From assembly GCA_024277435.1 (NCBI GenBank), contig JAJRVJ010000024.1, forward strand, positions 276 to 64,275: a stretch of 64,000 bases of DNA, read 5' to 3'. Origin of the DNA: Patescibacteria group bacterium (GTDB lineage: Bacteria > Patescibacteriota > Patescibacteriia > UBA9570). This document shows positions 48,834 through 58,725 of this stretch, in pieces. The translations under genes and the position numbers were made by a program. The notes under the pieces were generated by a model. That model was not told the origin of the DNA. It worked only from the letters and a program-made list of their open reading frames with translations, and made no database searches. How positions within the stretch are numbered: the first letter of the stretch is position 1; every line of letters starts with the position of its first letter.

Positions 48834-49823
48834 TTATGAATAGAATTTTTTAGCTTCCTCTAATGTAATTTGTGTAATTGCTGGTGCTTGTCCGGCGCAG
48901 CCAAAAGCAATCATACGTGCTTTCACAACCTCCATAAGTGCATCACGGGCTGGACCAAGATACTTGCGTGGATCAAACTCTTCAGGCTTTTCCTTTAATA
49001 CCTTGCGAATAGCGCCGGTCATAGCTATACGACCATCTGTATCAACATTAATTTTGGTAACACCATGTCCACACGTCTGCTGCAACTGCTCGATATCAAC
49101 ACCCTTAGCACCCGGCATGTTGCCGCCATTCTCATTCACTATCGCTACTAATTCTTCTGGCACCGAAGATGAACCGTGCATTACTAATGGTGTATTGGGT
49201 AATTTTTGATGAATCTCTTCTAATAAATCATGACGTAACTCACATTCGCCTTCAAATTTATTGGCTCCATGAGAAGTTCCAATAGCAATAGCTAACGAAT
49301 CTGCATTCGTTTCTTGTATAAACTGCACTGCCTGATCTGGATCGGTATAATGAATTTCATTAATACCTGCATCATCCTCTACTCCGCCAATAGTTCCTAA
49401 TTCGGCTTCCACAGAAACACCAAATGGATGCGCATATTCTACAACCGATTTGGTAACGGCTACGTTTTCTTCGTATGATAATGCACGCGTACCCTCTGGA
49501 TTTAATGATCCATCTATCATTACAGAAGTAAACCCAAGATCGATGGCATTTTTTACAACATCTAAATCACTTCCATGATCTAAATGCAATACAATAGGAA
49601 TTTCTGGATATTCTTCCACTGCAGCATGAACGATATTACGTAGATACGTCATACGAGAATACTTAAGAGCACCTCGTGATACTTGAATAAATACGGGAGA
49701 TTTCGTATCGGCGGCCGCGTCTACGATAGCCTGCACTTGTTCCATGTTATTTGCATTAAAAGCGCCAATGGCATATCCATTAGCGAAGGCGTGTTCGAGA
49801 AGAGGTTTTGCGGGTACGAGCAT
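48834..49823 (-). CDS. fba: class II fructose-bisphosphate aldolase
   Basis: ...NGYAIGAFNANNMEQVQAIVDAA...PVFIQVSRGALKY...HLDHG... are the canonical FbaA class II motifs. Confidence 0.9.
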   Translation of the reverse strand: MLVPAKPLLEHAFANGYAIGAFNANNMEQVQAIVDAAADTKSPVFIQVSRGALKYSRMTYLRNIVHAAVEEYPEIPIVLHLDHGSDLDVVKNAIDLGFTSVMIDGSLNPEGTRALSYEENVAVTKSVVEYAHPFGVSVEAELGTIGGVEDDAGINEIHYTDPDQAVQFIQETNADSLAIAIGTSHGANKFEGECELRHDLLEEIHQKLPNTPLVMHGSSSVPEELVAIVNENGGNMPGAKGVDIEQLQQTCGHGVTKINVDTDGRIAMTGAIRKVLKEKPEEFDPRKYLGPARDALMEVVKARMIAFGCAGQAPAITQITLEEAKKFYS

Positions 49824-49993
49824 ATAATATTATTTAAAACAATAATTACTACGGAAGATAGTATACCGCAATGTTAATAATGATGTCTACTAGCTTCTGT
49901 TTACTACATACCAGGCTTATGATTATACACTGAGCAGGTGGAAATAGTGAAGAATAAGCATAGTATTATAACCGCAACGATTGCGACCAATAT

Positions 49994-50902
49994 TTATTCC
50001 TGTATTTCATACCCTTCATTATCAATACGCAACGATATAGTGCCTAAATAATCATTACGTATCACCTGAGTGTGTGCAGACAACATCTCCAGCACCTCTT
50101 CATGAGGATGACCGTATCGATTATCTTCTGCCACCTGAATCACTGCTAGCTCTGGCTGTGCGGCAGAAATAAATTTCGGCAGCGAAGATGACTTACTGCC
50201 ATGATGCGCAACTTTCAGAATATCAATATCCGAAATGACATCAGCATCTAGCAACTCTTGTTCAATGTCGGACCCTATATCTCCTGTTAACAAAATGGTA
50301 GTTTCTTTAATACCGCTATATGTATATTCCATCACAAGCGAAGTATCATTGCGTGGTAATTTCTCAACCCGAGTATCTATAAACGGATACAACACCTGTA
50401 GTGATTCTGTTTAGCTAAGCGCGATCACATCACCCGAGCGTAAATCATGAACCTGCACCTCTTGCTCAGAAAGCTGATCGATAAAATGTTGATGCACAGC
50501 GCTTTGTACAGACAAATCTACCAATCCAACATTCTCAACCTGGTAGTATGCAAATATATTTGCGAGACCCGTGATGTGATCGGCGTCGGGATGGCTCACA
50601 AATACAAATTCCAACGTACGATCCCAAAACGGCATCACCTCACCCAATCTACGAATCACTTGATCATCCGGTCCACCATCAATCAAGATATCGGTTCCAT
50701 CTTGGGTACGAATATATATTGCATCGCCCTGACCAACGTCTAAAAAATGTACTTCCGCATATGAAGTAGGTGTATTCAACCATCGGTAGTGCGCAAAAAG
50801 CGCAGCACCAATTATTACTACTGAAAGAAATATGTATTTTTTAAATGAATACTCCATATAATATATACGCCAATTAATCCGTACGCGCCCAGCGTGAACC
50901 AT
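49994..50902 (-). pseudogene. comEC: ComEC C-terminal metallo-beta-lactamase-fold domain, split by an in-frame TAA and out of frame with the ComEC membrane ORF
   Basis: 50411-50902 (…HFLDVGQGDAIYIRTQDGTDILIDGG…HPDADH…) and 49994-50395 (…VAHHGSKSS…) are the two halves of a lactamase_B domain. They share one frame and are separated by TAA at 50411-50413 plus five codons. The upstream piece overlaps the ComEC membrane ORF by 85 bp in a different frame. Confidence 0.5.
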
Positions 50903-52260
50903 GCCGGAACAACTAGGTCGTTAAATACACTAAATTCAAAACTCCCAAACAACTCAATAAGCATAAGCATAATATGTATGGGAAAATTAATGATAAATGC
51001 AATGTACACCCCTAGTGGCGGCAATGCTTGAGATAACAATACAGCAAACGTTCCACCAAATAGCATAAGGTTAGACACTGGCACAACCACTAAATTTGCC
51101 AGCGGACTTACCGCCGAGAACATCCCAAATGTAGCAATCACTAGTGGCGTAGTAGGAATGCTGGCTGCTAATGTTGTGCTTAATGTTTCTCGTAAGGTAA
51201 ACGCTTTAGGAATCCACCAGCATATCTTGTCGCACATTGGTTGAAAATACACCAAGCCAATCGTTGCTAAAAACGACAACTGAAATCCAGCATCATACAA
51301 CACAATATACGGATTATGCATTGTCATAGCCGCCGCCACAATAATGAGGCTGTAGTGCATCACCGGTTTTCGCCCCAATGACTTTGCCAGCAACGGTAAG
51401 CACCCCATTATACTGGCTCGCACAACTGAAGCCGCTAACCCAGTAATGATACAAAACCCTGCGAGCACAAGCCCTACAATAATTACTAACTGGCGCTGAT
51501 TCCACCAGCGCTGCCCAACACTAGCTAGCAACTGCGCAATGATCATTACGTGCATACCAGATACTACTAGCACATGAATAGTTCCCGTATCTCGAAACTG
51601 CGCTACGATATCTTCAGGGATATCATCTTGAATGCCAAGAATAACACCTAGCAATAAACTGGCAATTGGCTCCGGCCACAACACCCTAATCTCGGCTCGT
51701 ACCCAGTCGCGCAATTGATAAAGTTTTGTATACACCGCATTACCACTTCCCTTCCCGATAACTTTCAATCTGGCTTGCTGACAAATGGTGAATACTCCAT
51801 GGCGCGCCAAATATTTATCATACGCAAATGTATCAAAGGGTTCAGGCTGTAGTAGCGTACACGAAACATCAACTTCGTCCCCGTATTGATATATAGGATA
51901 CCGACTAGTTTTTACATACACCTTTCCAGCCAGCGCATCGGTTTCAATATACAATTTCTGCGCATCTGCTGTGGTAATTGGAGGTTTACTTACTAGGCCG
52001 GTAAATTGAATGGTTTCATTGTACGGTATTGTTGAAGTATCTGGCGCAAACGTGTGAAAGCGTAATACGCCCAACCACCACGCACCGCACATGAATATAA
52101 TAAATACAGTTCCTACGATTACCGAAATGCGCATTTTAAAAAAGCGATACGTAGCAATAGTTATTATTCCAATAACAACAATACTATAGAATGGAGCCTG
52201 AGCGGTTCCAGCAATAAATGAAATGAGTGCCCACAGGACAATTTGAGATTTATGCAACAC
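50818..52260 (-). CDS. comEC: ComEC/Rec2 competence membrane channel (N-terminal DUF4131 and competence domain)
   Basis: 480 aa, polytopic. The conserved competence-domain region ...IHVLVVSGMHVMII...LSFLAT... is present. Confidence 0.8.
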   Translation of the reverse strand: MLHKSQIVLWALISFIAGTAQAPFYSIVVIGIITIATYRFFKMRISVIVGTVFIIFMCGAWWLGVLRFHTFAPDTSTIPYNETIQFTGLVSKPPITTADAQKLYIETDALAGKVYVKTSRYPIYQYGDEVDVSCTLLQPEPFDTFAYDKYLARHGVFTICQQARLKVIGKGSGNAVYTKLYQLRDWVRAEIRVLWPEPIASLLLGVILGIQDDIPEDIVAQFRDTGTIHVLVVSGMHVMIIAQLLASVGQRWWNQRQLVIIVGLVLAGFCIITGLAASVVRASIMGCLPLLAKSLGRKPVMHYSLIIVAAAMTMHNPYIVLYDAGFQLSFLATIGLVYFQPMCDKICWWIPKAFTLRETLSTTLAASIPTTPLVIATFGMFSAVSPLANLVVVPVSNLMLFGGTFAVLLSQALPPLGVYIAFIINFPIHIMLMLIELFGSFEFSVFNDLVVPAWFTLGAYGLIGVYIIWSIHLKNTYFFQ

Positions 52261-52321
52261 AAAAACGCTTCCATCTGTATAACGGCCATCGGCCTAAAGG
52301 GAAGCGCTCAATAGCTGTATA

Positions 52322-54154
52322 TTACTCTACTGTAACCGATTTTGCAAGGTTACGTGGCTGATCAATATCACGATCTAATTTAGCAGCAACATAATAAGCA
52401 AACAGCTGCATTGGAATAACACTTAATATTGGAGTAAGCATTTCAAGGGTTTTTGGAATATAGATAACATCGTCGGCAATAGAATCTATTGCTGTATCAC
52501 CCTCTGTGGCTACAGCAATAATTTTACCGCTCCGCGCCTTAAGTTCTTGAATGCTGCTTAAGGTTTTTTCATACACGCTATCCTGCGGAACTAATGCAAC
52601 CGTTGGAAAATCCTCATCAATTAATGCAATCGGACCATGTTTCATATCACCAGCTCCATAGCCTTCGGCATGAATGTACGAAATCTCTTTTAGTTTAAGC
52701 GCCCCTTCCATAGCAATAGGATAATTATATTTGCGACCAATAAAGAAAAAGTCTCGACTGTCAGCATAGCGCTCCGCGATTTCTTTAATAGCATCAGTCT
52801 GTTTGAGAATTGTTTCAATTTTTTCTGGGAGCTCCATCAATTCTTTAGCAATGCGTTGACCAGTAACTACGCTCATACCACGTTGCCGTCCCATAAATAA
52901 TGTAATAAGCGCTAATACTGTAACTTGAGAAATAAACGCCTTGGTTGAAGCTACGCCAATTTCTGGACCAGCATGAGAATACGCACCCGCATCCACATCG
53001 CGTGCAATAGTACTACCAACTACATTTACCACGCCTAATACTAAAGCACCTTTTAACTTAGCTTCACGTACTGCCGCGATGGTATCGGCAGTTTCTCCAC
53101 TTTGCGAAATTGCTAATACCGCTGTGCGCTCATCAATTACTGGTTTACGATAACGAAACTCTGTAGCCGACTCTACTTCCACCGGAATACCAGCATATTC
53201 TTCCAACATGTATTCACCAACCATACCTGCGTACATCGCTGTACCCATAGCAACAATAATCAGGCGATCAATATTTTTTAAGCGATCGGCGTGTTCAATG
53301 AAACCACGTAAATGTGCTAAACCTTCTTCTGGACGAAGTCGGCCACGGATGGCGTCGTGTACTACATCACCCTGCTCCATAATTTCTTTCAACATGAAAT
53401 GCGGATAACCTTGCTTCTGTACCTTACTTACATCCCAATCAACTTGCTCAATTGTATGATCCACTTCTTCCAACGTTAAATTCGTAATTGTGTAGCCCTC
53501 TGGGGTAAGTGTACAAATTTCTCCATCTTGTAAATACACTACCTCACGTGTGTGCGGCATAATTGCAGAAACATCCGACGCAACAATATATTCTCCATCA
53601 TTCACAATACCTAATACAAGTGGGCTACCTAAACGAGCAGCCACAATTTTCTTTGGCTCTTTTGTTGATACTACTGCAATGCCGTACGCCCCAACTACAT
53701 CCTTTAATGCGGCTGCTACAGCTTTTTCTAGATTCACCTCCTTATGATACTCCTCTATTAAGTGCGCTAATACTTCTGTATCGGTTTCAGAATAAAATTC
53801 ATGACCCTTCTCTTCGAGAGCTTTTTTAAGGGTGAGATAATTTTCAATAATACCATTATGGTTAATATAAATCTCTTCAGCGCTATCGGTATGCGGATGA
53901 GCATTTTCATCGGTTGGCGCCCCATGAGTTGCCCAACGAATATGACCAATACCAACCGAACCAGCTAAATCTTTATCAGTAATTTCATTTTGTAAATTCA
54001 CCAACTTACCAGCCTTCTTGTGCATTTTAACGGATTTACCATTCAGTATAGCCAAACCAGCCGAGTCGTATCCACGGTATTCCATACGCTTAAGGCCATC
54101 CATAATAATGGGTTTAGCGTCTTTTTGGCCGATATATCCAATAATTCCACACAT
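52322..54154 (-). CDS. glmS: glutamine--fructose-6-phosphate aminotransferase (isomerizing)
   Basis: N-terminal MCGIIGYIG (Ntn Cys), a glutaminase domain and two SIS domains. 610 aa. Confidence 0.95.
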   Translation of the reverse strand: MCGIIGYIGQKDAKPIIMDGLKRMEYRGYDSAGLAILNGKSVKMHKKAGKLVNLQNEITDKDLAGSVGIGHIRWATHGAPTDENAHPHTDSAEEIYINHNGIIENYLTLKKALEEKGHEFYSETDTEVLAHLIEEYHKEVNLEKAVAAALKDVVGAYGIAVVSTKEPKKIVAARLGSPLVLGIVNDGEYIVASDVSAIMPHTREVVYLQDGEICTLTPEGYTITNLTLEEVDHTIEQVDWDVSKVQKQGYPHFMLKEIMEQGDVVHDAIRGRLRPEEGLAHLRGFIEHADRLKNIDRLIIVAMGTAMYAGMVGEYMLEEYAGIPVEVESATEFRYRKPVIDERTAVLAISQSGETADTIAAVREAKLKGALVLGVVNVVGSTIARDVDAGAYSHAGPEIGVASTKAFISQVTVLALITLFMGRQRGMSVVTGQRIAKELMELPEKIETILKQTDAIKEIAERYADSRDFFFIGRKYNYPIAMEGALKLKEISYIHAEGYGAGDMKHGPIALIDEDFPTVALVPQDSVYEKTLSSIQELKARSGKIIAVATEGDTAIDSIADDVIYIPKTLEMLTPILSVIPMQLFAYYVAAKLDRDIDQPRNLAKSVTVE

Positions 54155-54184
54155 AGGATCCTAATAATAGTGAGCTATCGGTAA

Positions 54185-55309
54185 CTAGTCAACCTCGTTA
54201 CTTACCTTCGCATCAATAGTGTTCTTCAAATAGCTTTCTACAAACCCATCAAGCTTGCCATCCAGTACAGCATCGGGGTCGGATTCTTCATAATTCGTGC
54301 GATGGTCCTTCACCATTTTGTAGGGATGCAACACATAAGAACGAATTTGATTCCCCCATTCGGCTGATGTAAATTCGCCACGTAATCCCTCTTTTTTGGC
54401 AGCTTGTTCTTCCAGATATTTTTGATGTAAACGCGCTTTTAAAATTTTCATAGCTGACGCCTTATTTTGATGTTGCGATTTTTCATTTTGACAAGTTACC
54501 GTAATGTTGGTTGGGAGATGTACAATTCGTACCGCTGAATCGGTAGTATTTACACTTTGCCCACCATGACCACCAGATCGAAATACATCAATGCGTAAAT
54601 CCTCTTGCTTAATTTCTACTGGACTGGCTTCACCTAAATCTGGTAACACCTCCATAAGCGCGAACGATGTTTGCCGTAATGCGTCGGAATTAAACGGCGA
54701 TTGCCGAACCAACCGATGCACACCATGTTCGGATTTTAAATATCCATAAGCATAACGGCCATCAATTTCTAATACGGCCGATTTAATCCCAGCTTCTTGA
54801 CCGCGTGAGATATCAACTGTGCGCGCAGTAAACCCCTTGCGCTCTGCATACCGCAACACCATCCGTAAGAGCATTTCTGCCCAATCTTGCGCATCAACTC
54901 CTCCAGCTCCAGCATGAATTGCTAAAATCACCGAAGCTGTATCGTATTCGCCGCCTAATAATATATGAAATTCTAACTCACTAAATTGTTCTTTTATGTC
55001 TGCTAATTTAGTTTTTAATTCTACAGCTAAATCGGCATCATGATCTTGCGCATTTAATTCTGCCAACTCTTTTGTGGATACTAAATCTTGCTGCAACCCA
55101 TTCCACGTATCTAGTTCACTCTGCAAACTACTCACCTCTTTACTCACAAGTTGAGCATGTTCTTGGTTATTCCAAAAATCTGGCCCTTGCATCTCCACTT
55201 CAAGCGCATGAACCTTAGCTTGCATACCAGATACATTAAGCTGCTTTCCTATGTGTTCGATTTGTTTCTGTAACGAATCAATTTCCTGAATCATTTCTTG
55301 CATATACAT
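54185..55309 (-). CDS. prfB: peptide chain release factor 2
   Basis: SPF tripeptide (RQSPFNSDALRQTSF) and GGQ (SGGHGGQSVNTT). A single uninterrupted 374-aa ORF with no programmed +1 frameshift site. Confidence 0.9.
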   Translation of the reverse strand: MYMQEMIQEIDSLQKQIEHIGKQLNVSGMQAKVHALEVEMQGPDFWNNQEHAQLVSKEVSSLQSELDTWNGLQQDLVSTKELAELNAQDHDADLAVELKTKLADIKEQFSELEFHILLGGEYDTASVILAIHAGAGGVDAQDWAEMLLRMVLRYAERKGFTARTVDISRGQEAGIKSAVLEIDGRYAYGYLKSEHGVHRLVRQSPFNSDALRQTSFALMEVLPDLGEASPVEIKQEDLRIDVFRSGGHGGQSVNTTDSAVRIVHLPTNITVTCQNEKSQHQNKASAMKILKARLHQKYLEEQAAKKEGLRGEFTSAEWGNQIRSYVLHPYKMVKDHRTNYEESDPDAVLDGKLDGFVESYLKNTIDAKVSNEVD

Positions 55310-55363
55310 AACGATAGCATAGGTTGAAAAAATCGAAAAATGTGCTATAATTAATGCCTTGAT

Positions 55364-57370
55364 ATGAGCCGAACACCTCGCATTATCCTTATCATTATAG
55401 GTACTCTCGTAGTTGGGACATTTATTGTATTTGGCATAATGCGCTTCTCTAGTCCAACTGACGATGAAGAGCTCACCGAAGCAGAAATTAATCAGTTAAA
55501 AATCGACAGCATCGTACATAGCGCCTATGAACGGCTGTTATTTTACCGCATTCCAAGCGGTAATAACGTACAACACACCGAACTCTATATTAGTGATTTT
55601 CTTACCGCTGACACAGCCAGCATTGATGAGCAATTTAGTGAACTCTATAGTAACTTCGTACCAGAACATGATACATGGTTTAGCGTTCAAGATTCTAAAC
55701 TGTATAAGCACAATTTATCTACCGTGACAGAAATCAAAACTCTTGAGAATACTGTAGCTGCTACAAATGATAGTAATCGTCAATCTAGCTTAGCTGTTGA
55801 TGCAGCTATACAGCAATTAGCATGGGCAACCGGTAGCGAAACAAACCAAGAAATTGTGGTAATGGATATTGTCACCGGCAATGAAACAATAGTATATGGT
55901 CAAGATGACGTGGATACCTATAGCAATATTACCTGGTCGGAAAATGGTGAAGAAATTGCATTTATCAATGAGATCGGCAATGTTGTAACTATAACCACAA
56001 TTGGCGCGCAATTAGAGAATCCATTTACAATTCCGTTCTCAGAAATAAATCACCTCACATGGCTGGATGCAAATACATTTGGTGCTGTACTTACGAGTAG
56101 TGAAACGAACCTTAACCCCTTCAACCCGAAGGTAGTGGTATTCGATCGCACAGGAATCATTATTGAAGAACATGACGTACTTGAAAACGCTGGCCTGCCA
56201 CGATTAATCTGGTCTCCTGATGATCAATACTTTATGTTTTACCATCCATGGAAAAACCAGTTCCTTATATATGATCGATTTGATGAATTACGACAAATTG
56301 TACTCACCGAAGAAAGTGGCAAACTTATACCATTAGGCTGGACCAACGGCCTCCCCAGCAACACTGAACCAATAAGCATTAATACCATCGATCTCAATTC
56401 TCTCAATATTAATGCCCTTATTGCAGGCACTGAAAAATTTGAGGTGTCCGCCGAGGAATGGGAAGTATATAATGAAACCACACGCGGTATTATTAATCGG
56501 TTTGATGTGAGTTATGAAACCTATCGCTTCTCCACCGATGACGATGGCATACATATTAGCTATGCTCTTCCAAATGATGCGGAAAACCCTGAATACAAAT
56601 TCATTCGCACAATCATACAAAGCTTAGCCATGATGCCAACAGTTCCAGCAGTTACTGTGGAGATGGTATACAACGAAAACGCCAATACACTAAAAGCTGA
56701 AAAAGTAACGAGAGAAACAGTTGCTACCCTCATTGAAGAATTTACAGACGTTACACTTGATGAAGTGTTCATCACAAATAAAGATAATCCATATGGAAAA
56801 TTAACAAACAAACCAGATAATAAATATTTTACCCATCTTGGCGACGTAGTATATGGCACAGGAAAAGGATATAATCCGGTACCAGCTCTGGCTGCTCTTA
56901 GTGCAACCATGAACGGTGATCCGATAATTCGCTATGAAAATTTCGCTTTCATCTATCCAGCTCTTTGGGAATTTAAAGATCGCTCAGATACCATTGGTGA
57001 CCCCTATTCCATTGGTGACCTCCTATTTTATAATACGAGCACCATCTTTTTATCTCAATCCGCTTGGCAGGGCTTTAGCGTAACTCTACAACAATATCGT
57101 ATTCCAGAAGGCATTACGATAGATAACTGGATAGAGATTAATCGAGCCGACCGCACAAGTGAAGATATACCATTCCCTACGCAACCGGAGATAAACGGAA
57201 AACATCTTGTTGCTGAAAATGAATACACCGAAGAGTATGTACTCACTGGAAATGGTAAAATCTACACAATAATCATGGAACACCTGCCAAGTCTATCTGA
57301 AGAAGAGCGCGCTCAACTACAAATGCTCGTAACTACATTTAGTGATGCCGGCCAATTCATTAGAGATTAA
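55364..57370 (+). CDS. membrane-anchored large hypothetical protein, possibly a beta-propeller (TolB/PD40-like) ectodomain
   Basis: N-terminal TM helix (IILIIIGTLVVGTFIVFGI). Repeated ...W(S/T)..G..I.F... segments suggest propeller blades. No catalytic motif. Confidence 0.45.
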   Translation: MSRTPRIILIIIGTLVVGTFIVFGIMRFSSPTDDEELTEAEINQLKIDSIVHSAYERLLFYRIPSGNNVQHTELYISDFLTADTASIDEQFSELYSNFVPEHDTWFSVQDSKLYKHNLSTVTEIKTLENTVAATNDSNRQSSLAVDAAIQQLAWATGSETNQEIVVMDIVTGNETIVYGQDDVDTYSNITWSENGEEIAFINEIGNVVTITTIGAQLENPFTIPFSEINHLTWLDANTFGAVLTSSETNLNPFNPKVVVFDRTGIIIEEHDVLENAGLPRLIWSPDDQYFMFYHPWKNQFLIYDRFDELRQIVLTEESGKLIPLGWTNGLPSNTEPISINTIDLNSLNINALIAGTEKFEVSAEEWEVYNETTRGIINRFDVSYETYRFSTDDDGIHISYALPNDAENPEYKFIRTIIQSLAMMPTVPAVTVEMVYNENANTLKAEKVTRETVATLIEEFTDVTLDEVFITNKDNPYGKLTNKPDNKYFTHLGDVVYGTGKGYNPVPALAALSATMNGDPIIRYENFAFIYPALWEFKDRSDTIGDPYSIGDLLFYNTSTIFLSQSAWQGFSVTLQQYRIPEGITIDNWIEINRADRTSEDIPFPTQPEINGKHLVAENEYTEEYVLTGNGKIYTIIMEHLPSLSEEERAQLQMLVTTFSDAGQFIRD

Positions 57371-57384
57371 TAACGTATAATGTA

Positions 57385-57729
57385 ATGTACAGTATAGTTA
57401 AAGAATTTGATTTCGCAGCCGCACACTTCCTTACAAAATATAAAGGAAAGTGCGAAAACCTCCACGGCCATACCTATAAATTACTTGTAACCATTACCGG
57501 TGAACTTAATGAGGATGATATGGTAATGGATTTTGGCGACATTAAATATATTGTAAAACAGCACGTACTTAGTAAACTTGATCATTCCAGTTTAAATGAT
57601 CACTTCGAAAATCCATCCTGCGAACTTGTAGCAAAATGGATTTATAAAACATTACAACCACACCTTCCCGTAACAGAAGTGCAGTTATGGGAGACTCCTA
57701 CATCATCAGTTATTTATAATGAAGCATAA
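57385..57729 (+). CDS. queD: 6-pyruvoyl-tetrahydropterin synthase family protein (QueD/PTPS)
   Basis: 114 aa with the CENLHGHTY (CxxxHGH) zinc motif. Sits in a folate cluster that has no folB, so a PTPS-III-like dihydroneopterin-aldolase-bypass role is possible. Confidence 0.75.
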   Translation: MYSIVKEFDFAAAHFLTKYKGKCENLHGHTYKLLVTITGELNEDDMVMDFGDIKYIVKQHVLSKLDHSSLNDHFENPSCELVAKWIYKTLQPHLPVTEVQLWETPTSSVIYNEA

Positions 57730-58147
57730 TTATTACCTAAGCCTAGGTAGCAATCTAGGAGATCGAGCAGACTATTTTAAGCAGGCCCACCAAGGCCTAG
57801 CTAAACTTGGTGTTATAGATCAAGAATCTACGGTAGTGGAAACTGAGCCATTTGGTGTTGCTGATCATGTATTCTTGAATCAAGTGATTAAGCTCACTAG
57901 CGAGCTTGAACCAACTATACTATTAGACGCTATTAAGGACTTAGAGAAAGCTATCGGTAGGCAGCCGCGCGAGCATTGGGGTAACCGGGAAATTGATATC
58001 GATATTATCTTGTGGGATAAAAAAAAACTTGATACAGTAACGCCGCAAGGTAACCAATTAAGAATTCCTCATCCAGGATTACTCAGCCGACAATTCTTAT
58101 TAGATGCCTTAAAAGAACTGGGTGTGGAACTAAATGAAATATTATGA
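57719..58147 (+). CDS. folK: 2-amino-4-hydroxy-6-hydroxymethyldihydropteridine pyrophosphokinase (HPPK)
   Basis: ...YLSLGSNLGDR...EPFGV...WGNREIDIDIILWD... are conserved HPPK motifs. Confidence 0.85.
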   Translation: MKHNYYLSLGSNLGDRADYFKQAHQGLAKLGVIDQESTVVETEPFGVADHVFLNQVIKLTSELEPTILLDAIKDLEKAIGRQPREHWGNREIDIDIILWDKKKLDTVTPQGNQLRIPHPGLLSRQFLLDALKELGVELNEIL

Positions 58148-58725
58148 ACCAAGATACCAAGCACAACGAAATCAAAAAAAGGATCCAACAACTCATTCAA
58201 CAGATTGATCCCAATCCAGAACGAGAGGGCTTACAAGATACTCCAGATCGCGTAGCCCGCAGCTACGAAACTCTGTTTGGTGGCTATACCATGAACCCAG
58301 AAGAGCAGCTCACATTCTTTGATAGCGAACAGTATGATGAAATGATTACCTGTAGGGATATTGATTTTTATTCAACGTGCGAGCATCATATGCTACCATT
58401 TCATGGCAAGGCCCATATTGGCTATATTCCTAATGAAAAAATAGTTGGCTTATCAAAACTACCGCGTATGGTGGAAGTATTTGCTCGGCGTTTACAAAAC
58501 CAAGAACGGCTAACATCACAAATCACCGACTTCTTACAAACCGCTTTAGATGCTCGTGGTATTGGTGTAGTTATTGAGGCAACTCACCTCTGCATGCAAG
58601 CTCGTGGGGTAGAAAAACAAAATACCATTGTTACTACTTCAGCATTTCGAGGATTGTTTAAGAAAAATTCAAATACGCGCAGCGAATTCTTGTCGATCAT
58701 TCATGGCAAGACAATCAATCAATAA
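58144..58725 (+). CDS. folE: GTP cyclohydrolase I
   Basis: ...DTPDRVARSYETLFGGY...FYSTCEHHMLPFHGKAHIGYIP... is the FolE type I active site (the CEHH motif). Confidence 0.9.
   Translation: MNQDTKHNEIKKRIQQLIQQIDPNPEREGLQDTPDRVARSYETLFGGYTMNPEEQLTFFDSEQYDEMITCRDIDFYSTCEHHMLPFHGKAHIGYIPNEKIVGLSKLPRMVEVFARRLQNQERLTSQITDFLQTALDARGIGVVIEATHLCMQARGVEKQNTIVTTSAFRGLFKKNSNTRSEFLSIIHGKTINQ

Noticed and set aside
54185-55309. Programmed +1 frameshift in prfB
   Set aside because: The whole RF2 reads as one 374-aa frame from an ATG, and no internal in-frame TGA/CUU UGA site is present.
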